Counted from the stretch's first letter, positions 10,901 through 20,806 are shown. The stretch is DNA of 64,000 nucleotides from an uncultured Gammaproteobacteria bacterium (GCA_964493305.1 CAZBLW010000002.1:258521-322520); one strand, 5' to 3'. Numbers and translations: made by a program. Notes: generated from the letters alone by a model not told the origin.

Positions 10901-13900
10901 TATGGTTGGTGGGATACAAGGTGGCAAAAACGAAAACCTATTTATTTTGATACCACCACTTCTGCTACTACTTCAGATTTAGCCAACTTTACTGCTCTAG
11001 TAAGGCTGAATTCCTCGCGGATAAATTATACCTATACCCAAAACAGCGGTCAGGATATTAGGTTTGTAGATGCTGATGGATTGACCGAGCTACCTTATGA
11101 GATTGAAAATTGGAATGAGTCAGGCGAGTCAATTGTCTGGGTGAAAGTGCCAAAGATTGATAAAAATTCTAAGACTGATCATATTTGGATGTACTATGAT
11201 AACCCCTTGGCTAGTGATAATTCTACTACCACTGGTACTTGGAATAGTAACTATGTTATTGTCCAACATTTACAAGAGACAACAACCGGAGCAAGTGATT
11301 TTAAAGATTCAACTAGCTATGGAAATGATTCAGTTGCTGTCACTTTTGGTGGTACTGGTTCTAATCCTGATGCAGTAGGTAAAATAAATGGTGCTATCCA
11401 ATTTGATGGTACTGATGACACTATCAGTTTTGGTGATAGTGATGATTTTAGCGCTACCAATGGAGTAACTGACCGGCCGATATCAGTTTCGTTTTGGGTA
11501 AAACCCGATACATTTGGTGCTGGTGGTCAAGATAGAATTATGCAGAAGTATGATAGTAGTGGAGAGTGGGAAATTTGGAATAGTGACACTGGAGCGGTCA
11601 ATTTTGCCTTCTTTGATCAAACAACCTATGACAACGGTATTGGTCGAGCGGTTGATTTTGCACTTACTGAAGGTCAGTGGGATTATCTGACTATGACCTA
11701 CAATGGTAATGAAACCAATTCCGGGATAAAAATTTTTAGAAATGGTGTAAGAATTGATGATGCTGATTATGCCAACGGCACTTATCCTGGTTCTTCCAAT
11801 ACTGATTCACAATTTAGAATGGGTTGGAATTATGGCTCTGATTATTGGGATGGATTTTTAGATGAAGTAAGAATTGCCAATATAGAATTGGACCCCAATT
11901 GGATTACTTTTGAATATTGTAATATGAATGATGCTTGTGCATCATTTGGTGCTGAAGAAGCTCAAGCTATCAAGATTTATCGCAGTATGGGTTTCAATAA
12001 CACTTCTCCCTTAGCTTCGGGTTCGAGTACGGTTGAGCTTACTATCAGCGGATTTGACGCCACTTTTAGCGCTGGTATGCCAATGAGAGTTGGAGTAGGA
12101 GATGCGATTCAATATGACTCTGATAGTAACGGTTCAGTTGATAGTATTGTATTTATTCATAAAAGAGTTTCTTCAACTCAATATGAAATAAGAACTGCCA
12201 ATGGCACTTCCACACCCACCGCCGTAACGGCTGATAAAGATTGGCGAATTTATCGGGCTTATACAACTTCAGATAATGCGGTTTCGGGAGTGGAAAATAC
12301 CGGTATTGCTTCAGCTTTGAGAAATTTTGATACTTGGTCGTTGGGTGATGATTTAGTTACCAAAAATTACCAATGGAATATCGCTCTCTATGCTGATGCA
12401 GTAGAAGTTGTCACCACCACAAGTCTTATAGATACATCCAATTGGACAACTGGACCAAAAAATTATCTTAGATTTTTTACACCAGTTAATAAAAATGAGG
12501 TTGGTGTATCCCAAAGGCATAATGGACGTCTGACTGACACTGCTTATAAAATATTAATTAATGTCGCGGGTGATTATCAAGATGTATACCAACAGCAAGC
12601 TAATTATATTAGAATCGAAGGTATTCAGTGTGAAATTTCTAGCCCCACTGCTTATATTGGAATACACTGTATAAATTTAAATCGGTCAACCGGCGCAGCT
12701 TATATTAGCGAAAATATTTTTAAAGGAGAAAGCGGGGTAATACCTTACCAAGGAGGTATTAAGTTTTATCATTCTGCTCCAGCAGGCATAACCGCTTATA
12801 TTTGGAATAATATTTTTTATGATTTTAGATATCCATCTGGTACTGAAGCTTATGGAATATCTATTAATCAAGCTGATTCTATAGGTTATGTTTATAACAA
12901 TACTTTTTACAACTGTAACGAAGCAATTCACGGAAGACTTTTGTTAATTCAGATTACTAACAATATCATGCAAAACACAAATACTTGTTATAGTACTTGG
13001 AATGGTTCCAACGCTTATACGGATTATAATATGTGTGACAATAGCAATGGTTCGCCTGGTTCTCATTCTTTAAACAATGTAACAGTAAGTTTTGTCAGTT
13101 CTACTGCCAGTGATTTTCGTCTCAAGTCTAGTGATTCAGTTGCCAGGGATAAGGGTAAAGATATGTCAGGGGACGTTAACTTACCTTTTAACAATGATAT
13201 TGAAAATCAAACTAGACAGGGTCCTTGGGATATTGGTGCTGATGAATATGTTGTCACATCACTTGGTACGCAAGGTTGGTGGCAATCTGCTTGGAAGAAT
13301 CGCATGAAGATAACTATTGATAACTCTTCCCAAAGTGAAACCCTGACCAATTTTCCTTTGGTGGTGACTTTATACTCCAGCAGAATTGATTACACTCAAA
13401 CCCAAAACAGTGGTCAGGATATTAGGTTTGTAGCTTCAGATGGCACGGAACTTCCTTATGAAATTGAAAAATGGGATGAAGCAGCAACTTCTACTGTCTG
13501 GGTGAAAGTACCCCAAATAAATGGTGGGTCAAATGCCGGATATATTTGGATGTATTATGGAAATCCTGATGCTGCTGACAATCAATCTCCCAATGACGTT
13601 TGGGATACGAACTATAAATTTGTTCACCACTTGGAAGAAAGTCCAGATGACACAGTGGCTGGTCATTTTGACTCCACTAGCAACAATGCCACTGGCACAC
13701 CTTACAATTTTCAAACTGGTGGCACGGGTACTACCAACGCCACTGGTAAACTGGATGGCGCGGATTATTTTAGTGTTACTACCAACAATGACTATGTAAC
13801 TATTCCAAGCCTAGCCAGTCAGCAGTTGACTGCTTCTGGTACGTTGGAAGCATGGGTGAAGCCAGATTTAACTACTGGGCGAATAGTTACCCATGGTCAA

Positions 13901-14377
13901 CAAAATGGTTTTTGGTTGGGCTATGTATCTTCTAAGTTTAATGTGAATTTATTTAATGGCGCCTTAAACGCCGCTACAACTTCTTATGTAATTTCAGGTA
14001 CTGATTGGTATTATGTAGTTGGTACATTTGGTTATGATGGTGCAACTAAGTATTTACGTCTTTATGTAAATGGATTACTGCAAGATTCGGTTGCTTTATC
14101 AACCAATAATATTAATTATGAAAGCGCTGATTATAGAAGTTGTATAAATGCTTATGGTGATTGTAGTGGTGGTTTTGGTCAGCATACTATTGATGAAGTT
14201 AGGTTATCAAATGTCACTCGGAGTGCTGATTGGATTAAGTTTTCTTATTGTAATATGAATGATAGTTGTTTGGATTATACCCAAAGTGAAGCATTTGGTG
14301 ATAGTACTGCTAGTAGCGGAGGGTCTAGTAAAGTGAAAGGCGGGATACAGATTAAAGGTGGAATTAGGTTTAAGTAA
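7907..14377 (+). CDS. giant (2156 aa) membrane-anchored surface protein: four DUF2341-like plus LamG-like (Laminin_G_3 / concanavalin-A-like) units and a right-handed parallel beta-helix (pectate-lyase-like) segment
   Basis: N-terminal TM (YFLILIFIFLVLSGAIFAW). Recurrent W(W)NxxWxKRKKIxFDTTTSATT..L.DFP..VQLNS.RIDY....SGQDIRF.D.DG.ELPYEIE.W.E...ST.WVKVP.....T.D.IWMYYGN (DUF2341-like), each followed by a jelly-roll ending IDEVRIS...R...WI.F.YCN (LamG-like). Residues ~1600-1760: NNIFYDFRY..YNNTFYNCNEAIHG..ITNNIMQN...SDFRLKSSDS, typical of PbH1 beta-helix ends. Confidence 0.8.
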   Translation: MNKKFVQFIANKYFLILIFIFLVLSGAIFAWQIFTNNSQMSLQVSVPDNYQDKIVYSYQGQSFAIQPIAASSVNVKKKFFAEEYDYQDPYSKVDVKRLVSETGVKEDIVLREPGHPMQFKFQLDLGEFDYVKDLTGNITLTSKTDKLEEKDLQRKFFLPAPFFIDAAGKQSDTSAIDLRIDDKGIITYTLNESWLAQAQYPVVLDPSVELVILNVHSYPQTGDEWVVDFTTQGTADLIISPADQATIDDDRFVGLYCDGEERLPEIYKNDVIFYANWSCAGVGRVVHFTEYAGKHTLKFEFAGQVAYAYNSDWWNPSWTKRKKIFFDTTTSATTSNLIDFPLSVQLNSTRVDYTATQNSGQDIRFVDTDGTELPYEIESWNESGTSTLWVKVPQVNQNTTADYMWMYYGNSTAADNSTTTGVWDNNYKLVQHMDNTVTSTDSFVDSTKNYNHGTGFGGGSLAATSSGKINGAFNFDGTDDYVEVSNDSSLSGMNELSMSAWIYLDQLPTTVAHDVEILVKRHSTTPWNSYYFYIVGTACTNDNVMYVSLKNELEAAEYRCASSSLAVGQWYHVAVTWDGSDLHFYLNGSYDDEGATNFSGTSVFSSDGSFYINGEDSGPGRMDGKIDEVRISSIDRGVNWIKFEYCNQTDSCTTYGTEETDVWWNTKWLKRKKIMFDTTTSATTTSLVDFPVAVQLNSSRIDYAYTKPYGEDIRFIDSDGKTSLSYEIEKWDKTATSTFWVKVPTIDRNSNSDHIWLYYNNPNALDNSTTTGVWTNGFVGVWHMNNAYNASTTDSTKNALHGISRNLAATSTYMVGSALQFNGSTADVKLPISTLLNPEYTLTIEAWARTNSLSGEQSILGRTLSYELLAMRTWAPTGRPLAPIYYAYDTSMDLESATALTPGQFTYLAATYNGTTTGKAILYQDTIIKHTITTTTPESLYQNSANTYIGDSQWDDNSGFSGVIDEVRISDTDRTKSWINFTYCNIKETCNTYGKEQTYGWWDTRWQKRKPIYFDTTTSATTSDLANFTALVRLNSSRINYTYTQNSGQDIRFVDADGLTELPYEIENWNESGESIVWVKVPKIDKNSKTDHIWMYYDNPLASDNSTTTGTWNSNYVIVQHLQETTTGASDFKDSTSYGNDSVAVTFGGTGSNPDAVGKINGAIQFDGTDDTISFGDSDDFSATNGVTDRPISVSFWVKPDTFGAGGQDRIMQKYDSSGEWEIWNSDTGAVNFAFFDQTTYDNGIGRAVDFALTEGQWDYLTMTYNGNETNSGIKIFRNGVRIDDADYANGTYPGSSNTDSQFRMGWNYGSDYWDGFLDEVRIANIELDPNWITFEYCNMNDACASFGAEEAQAIKIYRSMGFNNTSPLASGSSTVELTISGFDATFSAGMPMRVGVGDAIQYDSDSNGSVDSIVFIHKRVSSTQYEIRTANGTSTPTAVTADKDWRIYRAYTTSDNAVSGVENTGIASALRNFDTWSLGDDLVTKNYQWNIALYADAVEVVTTTSLIDTSNWTTGPKNYLRFFTPVNKNEVGVSQRHNGRLTDTAYKILINVAGDYQDVYQQQANYIRIEGIQCEISSPTAYIGIHCINLNRSTGAAYISENIFKGESGVIPYQGGIKFYHSAPAGITAYIWNNIFYDFRYPSGTEAYGISINQADSIGYVYNNTFYNCNEAIHGRLLLIQITNNIMQNTNTCYSTWNGSNAYTDYNMCDNSNGSPGSHSLNNVTVSFVSSTASDFRLKSSDSVARDKGKDMSGDVNLPFNNDIENQTRQGPWDIGADEYVVTSLGTQGWWQSAWKNRMKITIDNSSQSETLTNFPLVVTLYSSRIDYTQTQNSGQDIRFVASDGTELPYEIEKWDEAATSTVWVKVPQINGGSNAGYIWMYYGNPDAADNQSPNDVWDTNYKFVHHLEESPDDTVAGHFDSTSNNATGTPYNFQTGGTGTTNATGKLDGADYFSVTTNNDYVTIPSLASQQLTASGTLEAWVKPDLTTGRIVTHGQQNGFWLGYVSSKFNVNLFNGALNAATTSYVISGTDWYYVVGTFGYDGATKYLRLYVNGLLQDSVALSTNNINYESADYRSCINAYGDCSGGFGQHTIDEVRLSNVTRSADWIKFSYCNMNDSCLDYTQSEAFGDSTASSGGSSKVKGGIQIKGGIRFK

Positions 14378-14465
14378 TTATAATGATTTAAGATTTAAGA
14401 ATAAAGATTTAAGAATTTACCCTTATTTAATTGCCTTGCACCTTAGACAGAAATTAAAAATAAAA

Positions 14466-14650
14466 TGTTTTACCTCTATTTTTTGTCAGTCCCGCGGACG
14501 CGGGATAGCAAAAACTGCCGACCAGCGCTTCCGTTCAGGTAAAATTGCCAACCGTTCGCGCGCCTCTCAAAATCTCTTACGCTTTAGTTGAGAGGCGTAA
14601 CCGCTCACTACTTGGCAATATTTACACTTCAGGAAGCGGAAGGTCGGAAA
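14466..14650. ncRNA. candidate structured RNA / conserved structured element, copy A
   Basis: Second copy at 44052-44250. Shared T-rich leader, GC hairpin, outer stem CCGACC...GGTCGG, conserved stem aattgccaa...ttggcaat, inner stem gcctctcaa...ttgagaggc. Confidence 0.35.
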
Positions 14651-14725
14651 GAAATTCAAAATAAAAATTATAAAATTAAAAAATTCATTAGTTATTAGTA
14701 ATTAGAAATTAGTAATTAAAATATT

Positions 14726-14814
14726 TGTCATTCCGTGCTTGACACGGAATCCAGAAACAAAAATAGATTCCTGCTCGAGTTTATCCCGCACTTGATGCGG
14801 GACAGGAATGACAA
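14726..14814. repeat. MITE-like element, full copy
   Basis: tgtcattccgtgcttgacacggaatccagaaacaaaaatagattcctgctcgagtttatcccgcacttgatgcgggacaggaatgacaa. Confidence 0.7.
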
Positions 14815-14897
14815 GGATAAAAGTTTAAAAATTCAGATTTATTTAAAAATTACAAAATTAAAAATTAAAAAATTCATTAGTTATTAGTAATTAAAAA

Positions 14898-15004
14898 ATG
14901 AAGTTTTCTTTTCCCCAACTAAATATATTAAAGTCCTTAAAACGAGTTCCAGGTAACAAGGAATATAATTGTCATTCCGAACTTGTTTCGGAATCTAAAA
15001 AATA
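14898..15004 (+). pseudogene. orphan duplicated 5' end (about 21 codons, out of frame) of the giant-protein gene family, interrupted by a half MITE
   Basis: atgaagttttcttttccccaactaaatatattaaagtccttaaaacga encodes MKFSFPQLNILKSLKR, homologous to the N-termini at 15005 (MKLKFSKLNIVKTLKR) and 20946 (MHFSFPQLNILNALKR). It is followed by ttgtcattccgaacttgtttcggaatc and a stop, then the real start at 15005. 15005 minus 14898 is not a multiple of 3. Confidence 0.5.
14970..15000. repeat. MITE half-element (first hairpin only)
   Basis: ttgtcattccgaacttgtttcggaatctaaaaaat. Confidence 0.6.
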
Positions 15005-18000
15005 ATGAAATTAAAATTTTCAAAACTAAATATAGTAAAGACCCTGAAAAGATTTCAGGGTGACAAGCGGACTTGGTTAGCTGTATTGGCCGTAGTGGTT
15101 TTGGCAATGGCTGCGTCATTTTATTTTTTCCGCAATCAGTCACCAGAGGCAGTAGCCGGGTGGTGGGATGAGGATTGGCATTATCGGATGAAAATGACAG
15201 TTGATGCCACCAAGATTGACTCTGATTTAACCAATTTTCCTGTAGCCATAGTTTTGACCACTAGTAACTTCACTTATGCCAATGCACAAAGTGCTGGACA
15301 AGATATAAGGTTTACTGACGCCAATGGCAATACCTTATATCACGAAATAGAAAAATGGAACTCTAGTGCTACTTCAACTATTTGGGTAAAAGTACCAATG
15401 GTTGATGATACAACTGATACCACTTTATATATGTATTATGGCAATTTAGCTGTGGCTGACGGGCAAAATAAAACTGCGGTGTGGGATGAGGGTTTTGTCA
15501 TGGTCCAGCATATGAACAATACCGCTACTGGCACAGATAGTTTTGTTGATGCAACCAAATACAATAATCACGGTACAGGGGCTGGTAGTGGTACATCTTT
15601 AGTTGCTACCAGTAGTGGTATAATAGATGGGGCTTTTGAAGTTGACGGAATTGATGACCGCGTGGAAGTGCCTAATGATAGTAGTCTTAGTGGCATGTCC
15701 CAATTAACTATGTCTGGTTGGGTATATTTTGATCAGCTGCCATCAGTTATTGGTCATGAAGGTTTATTGATGGTAAAAAGGCATGAGGGTGAACCTTATG
15801 ATTCATATTATTTGGATATTGTGGGGTCTTCAGGTTGTGCTAGTCCCAATGTAATGTTGGCGACAATAAAAAATCAAGTAGAAGGTACAGATTATAAGTG
15901 TGCTAACACTAGTTTGACTGCCAACCAATGGTACTATATAGCTTCTACTTGGGACGGTTCAAATATTCATTTTTATCTCAACGGAGTCAATGATGATTAT
16001 GGTGATACCACTTTTAGTGGAACTAGTGTATTTGTTTCTGATGGTATTTTATATATCAATTCCGATGATAGTACTGGTGGCAGAATTGATGGCAAGATTG
16101 ATGATGTACGAATTTCCAAAATTGCTAGACCAGCCGCTTGGTTGAGAGCGGATTATTACAACGGGATAAATAATTTATTAACCTTAGCAGCCGAAGAAAA
16201 AGGCCCGGGTCCAGTGGCGTATTGGGGTTTTGAAGAAGGTTATGGTAATAGTATCGCTGATTTGAGTGGCAATGGACACACCTTAACCGCCAGTAGTACG
16301 GTTTGGAAAACAGATAGTGAATGTTTGCGCGGTAAGTGTTTGTATTTTGATGGAACTACCAGTGTGGCGACTACCACCAATACCAATGCTTTGAATATTT
16401 CTGGCAGTGAGATTACTCTAACTTCTTGGTTTAAGCCAATTACTTTTTCTGGAAAAAAAATGCTGCTGGATAAAGGTTCTTATGCGGTGCACTGGAATTA
16501 TGGATTTGGCTTGAATAATTCAGGGTTATTGATGCGTCACAATAACGGTGATAAAACAACTAACAATGTAACCTTAGGTTTAAATGAATGGCATCAATTC
16601 ACAGCAGTGTATTCGGGTGGAAATGATTATTTTTATATTGATGGTGTACTGGTGGAAAGCATGTCAGATACGAGTTGGTCAGAAAATACAGGGACACAAC
16701 AATTAACCTTAGGCGCCGCTTGGCAAGACGGAGTAGGGTATAGTGAATTTTTTCACGGCTATTTAGATGAGGTTAAAGTTTACAATTATGCCAAGACCGC
16801 TGATCAAGTAAAAACTGATTACAATAAAAATATGGCCGTTATGTTAGGCACTAATGAGTATACTAGTTTGTCGGATGGATTATTGCTACAGTGGCAGATG
16901 GACGAACAAACTTGGAACGGAACAAGTGGTGAGGTAAAAGATTCTTCTGGTTCTGGCAATCACGGCACAGCCGATAGTGCTTTGGCCACTTCAACTGCCA
17001 AATTCAATCGAGCGGGAAATTTGGATGGTGATACAGACATGGTAAATATTAATCCAGCTGGAACAAATTTAGCTAATCTTGCAACATCAAGCGTTACGAT
17101 GTCAATCTGGCTTAAAACCAATACAGTCGTCAAAAGTTTTGCGGATATTTCTAATACTGGTGGTTCAACACAATTCTTACATTTAGTTAATGATCACGAT
17201 ATTGTTCGTGCTTATTTTTATTTAAATGGTGATGGTACTCAAAAAGTACTTGAATCTGATTCAGGTTCTATTACTGTTGGTCAGTGGTATCATATGGCAG
17301 TAACCAGAGATTATCAAACCGGGGATACTATATTATATTTAGACGGGGTAGAAGTGGACCGCTTGCAGGCAATTGGTACAACTGGTTATGCCCCGACAAA
17401 TATAGGTTTGGGAAATGGTAGTAATTATTGTTTTGACGGACAGTTGGATGATTTTCGTATTTACAACCGCGCCTTGTCACCTGATGAAGTCAGACGCTTG
17501 TCTGAATGGGCACCGGGACCAGTGACTCATTGGAAAATGGATGAGACAAGTTGGAACGGAACGACTAACGAAGTCAAAGATAGTTCAGTAAATGGTTTAC
17601 ACGGTGAATCTACAGGTAGTGGTACTTATGTATCACCACTTGGTAAATATGGTAGTGCTGGATATTTTGATGGCACTAGTTATCTGGATTTTGGCAATCC
17701 TAGCGGTGAAGTTTTGGATCCAGGCATGCGTAATTTTACTTTTTCAACTTGGATAAAAACCAGCAATACAGCCAATGCCAGAATTTTTGAAAAGAGAGCT
17801 AGCGGATATGACGGGTTCGAATTTGGTATTGGGACAGGGGGTAATTGGATGTATTTTATAGGTGATAATACCAATAGAAGTTGGAGTGATAGTTTAGGAA
17901 CAGCCGGTATTTTATCAGATGACCAGTGGCATCATGTGGCTTATGTGGTTGATAGAAAAAATAGCATAATATCTTTTTATAAAGATGGTATTTTAAATAC

Positions 18001-20806
18001 TACTTCCAGTATTTCTATTGTGACTGGTCATGTGTCATCTACGGCTAATTTTATTTTGGGCACAGGTTTTACCAATGATTATATCGGTAAACTTGATGAT
18101 GTTAGAATTTATAATTATGCGCGCAATCAGCGGCAAATACTTGAAGACATGAATGCTGGGCGAAAAAACAATCCGATTGGGTATTGGAGTTTTGATGAAG
18201 GACAGGGAGGTACAGCACATGATAGTAGTTATTTAGCTGCACTTGGTTCGGGAAATAATGGTACATTGATTAATATGACAACCAGTGGCCCAAGTTCTGT
18301 TTGGTCGCCAAGTGGTAAAGCTGGCAAAGCTTTGCAGTTTGATGGGTCAGATGATGTTGTAACCATAACCAATAATAACATTACCAACTATAATCAAAGT
18401 CGTTCAGTTAGTTTGTGGTTTAAAACAAATACTTTAGGCAGTCAAAAAGGTATAATTGGCACAGGCAATACAGTTTTAGAATCTGCGCCTTTTTGGTTAC
18501 TTACTCAAAGTGATAGTAATAAAATATCACTTTATCATTCAGGCTATTATGATGGGACTACTACTTTAGAAAGAAACAAGTGGTATCATTTGGTTTATAC
18601 TTACGATCGCCCTAGAAATTATTTGGTTTTGTATTTAGATGGGAAAGTTGAATATGCAGGCACTGCGAATGAAGCTGATAATAATAAAAATAATATTTAT
18701 ATTGGTGGGGGCTGGGGAGGGTATTTCAATGGCCAGATTGATGAAGTGAAAATATACAATTATCCCATCACTGTTGATGAAATCAGACAAAATTACAATG
18801 TTGGTCAGCAGATTGTTTTGTCACGTAGTGCCAATGACAATTTGACCGACGGACTACTGGCTTATTGGCCGATGGATGGTGACCTGACTGATGCCAGTGG
18901 CAATGGCAATACGGGAACAGCTTCAGGAGCAACAGCAACAACTTCAGCCATGTTTGGCCAAGCTTATGCAATCAATGCTGGGACAAATTATATTTCAGTT
19001 CCCACTTCTGCTTCACTTGATTCCTATACTGATAAATTAACAGTGTCAGGGTGGTATTATTTTAATACCCTTGCTCCTACCCAGCAATGGTTATTTGATA
19101 AAGGTTTAAATTATTATTTACGAGTAACCAGCGCCGGTGGATTTACCAACTATCTATTTGGTATCAACAATGAAGATTATTGGTCAACTCAAAATAGTTT
19201 AGTTACAGCTGGTGAGTGGTATTATATTGTTTTTACTTATGATGGCCAGGAACGAAAATTGTATATTAATGGTGAATTAAAAGAGAGTAAAGCAGATACT
19301 GGCACTATAGATAACGGTGGTAATTTGACTATTGGCAATCGTGCTGGGCATAGTGAGCCAATGGACGGGCAGGTAGATGATATAAAAATTTATAATCGCG
19401 TACTGTCAGCTGATGAAATTGCGCAAAATTATGTAAATACTCCAGGACCGGTGGCTTATTGGAAAATGGATGAAGGAACAGGGCAAACGTCAAATGATAG
19501 TAGTAATTACAATAATACTTTACGACTCGGTTTGGATAGCCGCAGCCCAAGTTGGCAACCAATAGGTAAAATTGGTAGCGCTTTAAATTTCAATGATGCC
19601 AATCCCGAAGATTGGGCTGGTGCATCAAGTACTGATAGTTTGAATATTGCCGGGAAAATTACTTTGGAGGCTTGGGTACGTTTACGAAGTTATGATGGCT
19701 ATTTTATGGATGTTGTCTCCAAAGACAATAGTTCCAATTTTTCTTATTGGCTGGGGATTGATAATGTTACTGCTCGACCGATGATGATATTGACCAATGA
19801 TGGTTCTACTCAGTACCAAGCTTATGGCGCAGAGGCATTGGAAGAAAATAAATGGTATCATCTGGCCGGTGTTTATGATGGTTCGCAAATGAGAGTTTAT
19901 GTAAATGGAGTTTTAGCTTCCAACGGCTCTAGCAATCCCAGATCATATTCATCTGGTATTTATCAAAATGTCAATTCAGATGTCAATGTTGGTTACAGTC
20001 AATCATGGGCGAATAACGGTTGGGATGGTGATATTGATGAGGTAAAAATTTACAATTATGCTCGTACGCAGCGGCAAATTTTGGAAGATATGAATGCTGG
20101 TCGAAAAAATAACCCAGTTGCCTATTGGAAATTTGATGAGGGTTCAGGAGAAGTAATTCATGATTTTTCTGGCAACAGTCACAATGGTACTTTGATAGTA
20201 GGCAGTGGTGGCACTCAGTCAGCTACCAGTTCCATTTGGACCAATGGTTTATCAGGTAAAATAAATGGTTCACTTAATTTTGATGGTACTGACGATATTG
20301 TCAATATGGGAACAAGTACAGCATTCAATATTGCCACTGGTACTGTATCGGTTTGGTTTAATTTAAATAGCCACACTATACTTGATAAAACAATTATTGG
20401 TAAAGATTTAAGTGGAGGTAATAATGGTGATTTTAATTTACGAGTAGCTGAATCTGATGATGCCACCAATCCCAGTAAGATAGAATTTAAGACTGAGAAT
20501 GGTGGCTCAAGTTATTATGTTGCCAGTGATAATATTGCCCCTACCAATGAATGGGTTCATGTGGCTGTTTTGTTTGGTGATGGTGGGATGAGAATGTATG
20601 TTAATGGAATTTTACAAAAATCTACTGCCTCACAAGTTTATGGTATGACTAATGCTTCTGCAAATTTATTTATAAGTGCTTCAGCTACCGGTAATACTGA
20701 TTATTTTAATGGTAAAATAGATGAAGCGAAGATTTACAATTATCATCTTACCCCTGAAGAAATCAAACAAGAATACAATGGGGGGTTTAGTAGTTATTTT
20801 AGATAA
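15005..20806 (+). CDS. giant (1933 aa) membrane-anchored surface protein: DUF2341-like module plus about nine LamG-like jelly-roll modules
   Basis: N-terminal TM (WLAVLAVVVLAMAASFYFF), then WWDEDWHYRMKMTVDATKIDSDLTNFPVAIVL (DUF2341-like). Repeated LamG hallmark endings: YLDEVKVYNYAKTADQV, LDDFRIYNRALSPDEVRRLSEW, LDDVRIYNYARNQRQILEDM, IDEVKIYNY, VDDIKIYNRVLSADEIAQNY, IDEAKIYNYHLTPEEIKQEY. Confidence 0.8.
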   Translation: MKLKFSKLNIVKTLKRFQGDKRTWLAVLAVVVLAMAASFYFFRNQSPEAVAGWWDEDWHYRMKMTVDATKIDSDLTNFPVAIVLTTSNFTYANAQSAGQDIRFTDANGNTLYHEIEKWNSSATSTIWVKVPMVDDTTDTTLYMYYGNLAVADGQNKTAVWDEGFVMVQHMNNTATGTDSFVDATKYNNHGTGAGSGTSLVATSSGIIDGAFEVDGIDDRVEVPNDSSLSGMSQLTMSGWVYFDQLPSVIGHEGLLMVKRHEGEPYDSYYLDIVGSSGCASPNVMLATIKNQVEGTDYKCANTSLTANQWYYIASTWDGSNIHFYLNGVNDDYGDTTFSGTSVFVSDGILYINSDDSTGGRIDGKIDDVRISKIARPAAWLRADYYNGINNLLTLAAEEKGPGPVAYWGFEEGYGNSIADLSGNGHTLTASSTVWKTDSECLRGKCLYFDGTTSVATTTNTNALNISGSEITLTSWFKPITFSGKKMLLDKGSYAVHWNYGFGLNNSGLLMRHNNGDKTTNNVTLGLNEWHQFTAVYSGGNDYFYIDGVLVESMSDTSWSENTGTQQLTLGAAWQDGVGYSEFFHGYLDEVKVYNYAKTADQVKTDYNKNMAVMLGTNEYTSLSDGLLLQWQMDEQTWNGTSGEVKDSSGSGNHGTADSALATSTAKFNRAGNLDGDTDMVNINPAGTNLANLATSSVTMSIWLKTNTVVKSFADISNTGGSTQFLHLVNDHDIVRAYFYLNGDGTQKVLESDSGSITVGQWYHMAVTRDYQTGDTILYLDGVEVDRLQAIGTTGYAPTNIGLGNGSNYCFDGQLDDFRIYNRALSPDEVRRLSEWAPGPVTHWKMDETSWNGTTNEVKDSSVNGLHGESTGSGTYVSPLGKYGSAGYFDGTSYLDFGNPSGEVLDPGMRNFTFSTWIKTSNTANARIFEKRASGYDGFEFGIGTGGNWMYFIGDNTNRSWSDSLGTAGILSDDQWHHVAYVVDRKNSIISFYKDGILNTTSSISIVTGHVSSTANFILGTGFTNDYIGKLDDVRIYNYARNQRQILEDMNAGRKNNPIGYWSFDEGQGGTAHDSSYLAALGSGNNGTLINMTTSGPSSVWSPSGKAGKALQFDGSDDVVTITNNNITNYNQSRSVSLWFKTNTLGSQKGIIGTGNTVLESAPFWLLTQSDSNKISLYHSGYYDGTTTLERNKWYHLVYTYDRPRNYLVLYLDGKVEYAGTANEADNNKNNIYIGGGWGGYFNGQIDEVKIYNYPITVDEIRQNYNVGQQIVLSRSANDNLTDGLLAYWPMDGDLTDASGNGNTGTASGATATTSAMFGQAYAINAGTNYISVPTSASLDSYTDKLTVSGWYYFNTLAPTQQWLFDKGLNYYLRVTSAGGFTNYLFGINNEDYWSTQNSLVTAGEWYYIVFTYDGQERKLYINGELKESKADTGTIDNGGNLTIGNRAGHSEPMDGQVDDIKIYNRVLSADEIAQNYVNTPGPVAYWKMDEGTGQTSNDSSNYNNTLRLGLDSRSPSWQPIGKIGSALNFNDANPEDWAGASSTDSLNIAGKITLEAWVRLRSYDGYFMDVVSKDNSSNFSYWLGIDNVTARPMMILTNDGSTQYQAYGAEALEENKWYHLAGVYDGSQMRVYVNGVLASNGSSNPRSYSSGIYQNVNSDVNVGYSQSWANNGWDGDIDEVKIYNYARTQRQILEDMNAGRKNNPVAYWKFDEGSGEVIHDFSGNSHNGTLIVGSGGTQSATSSIWTNGLSGKINGSLNFDGTDDIVNMGTSTAFNIATGTVSVWFNLNSHTILDKTIIGKDLSGGNNGDFNLRVAESDDATNPSKIEFKTENGGSSYYVASDNIAPTNEWVHVAVLFGDGGMRMYVNGILQKSTASQVYGMTNASANLFISASATGNTDYFNGKIDEAKIYNYHLTPEEIKQEYNGGFSSYFR

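Noticed and set aside
14358-14591. 77-aa plus-strand ORF spanning the gene-end/intergenic repeats
   Set aside because: It starts inside the stop region of the giant gene and runs through repeat DNA and the structured element. No RBS; composition is that of non-coding repeats.
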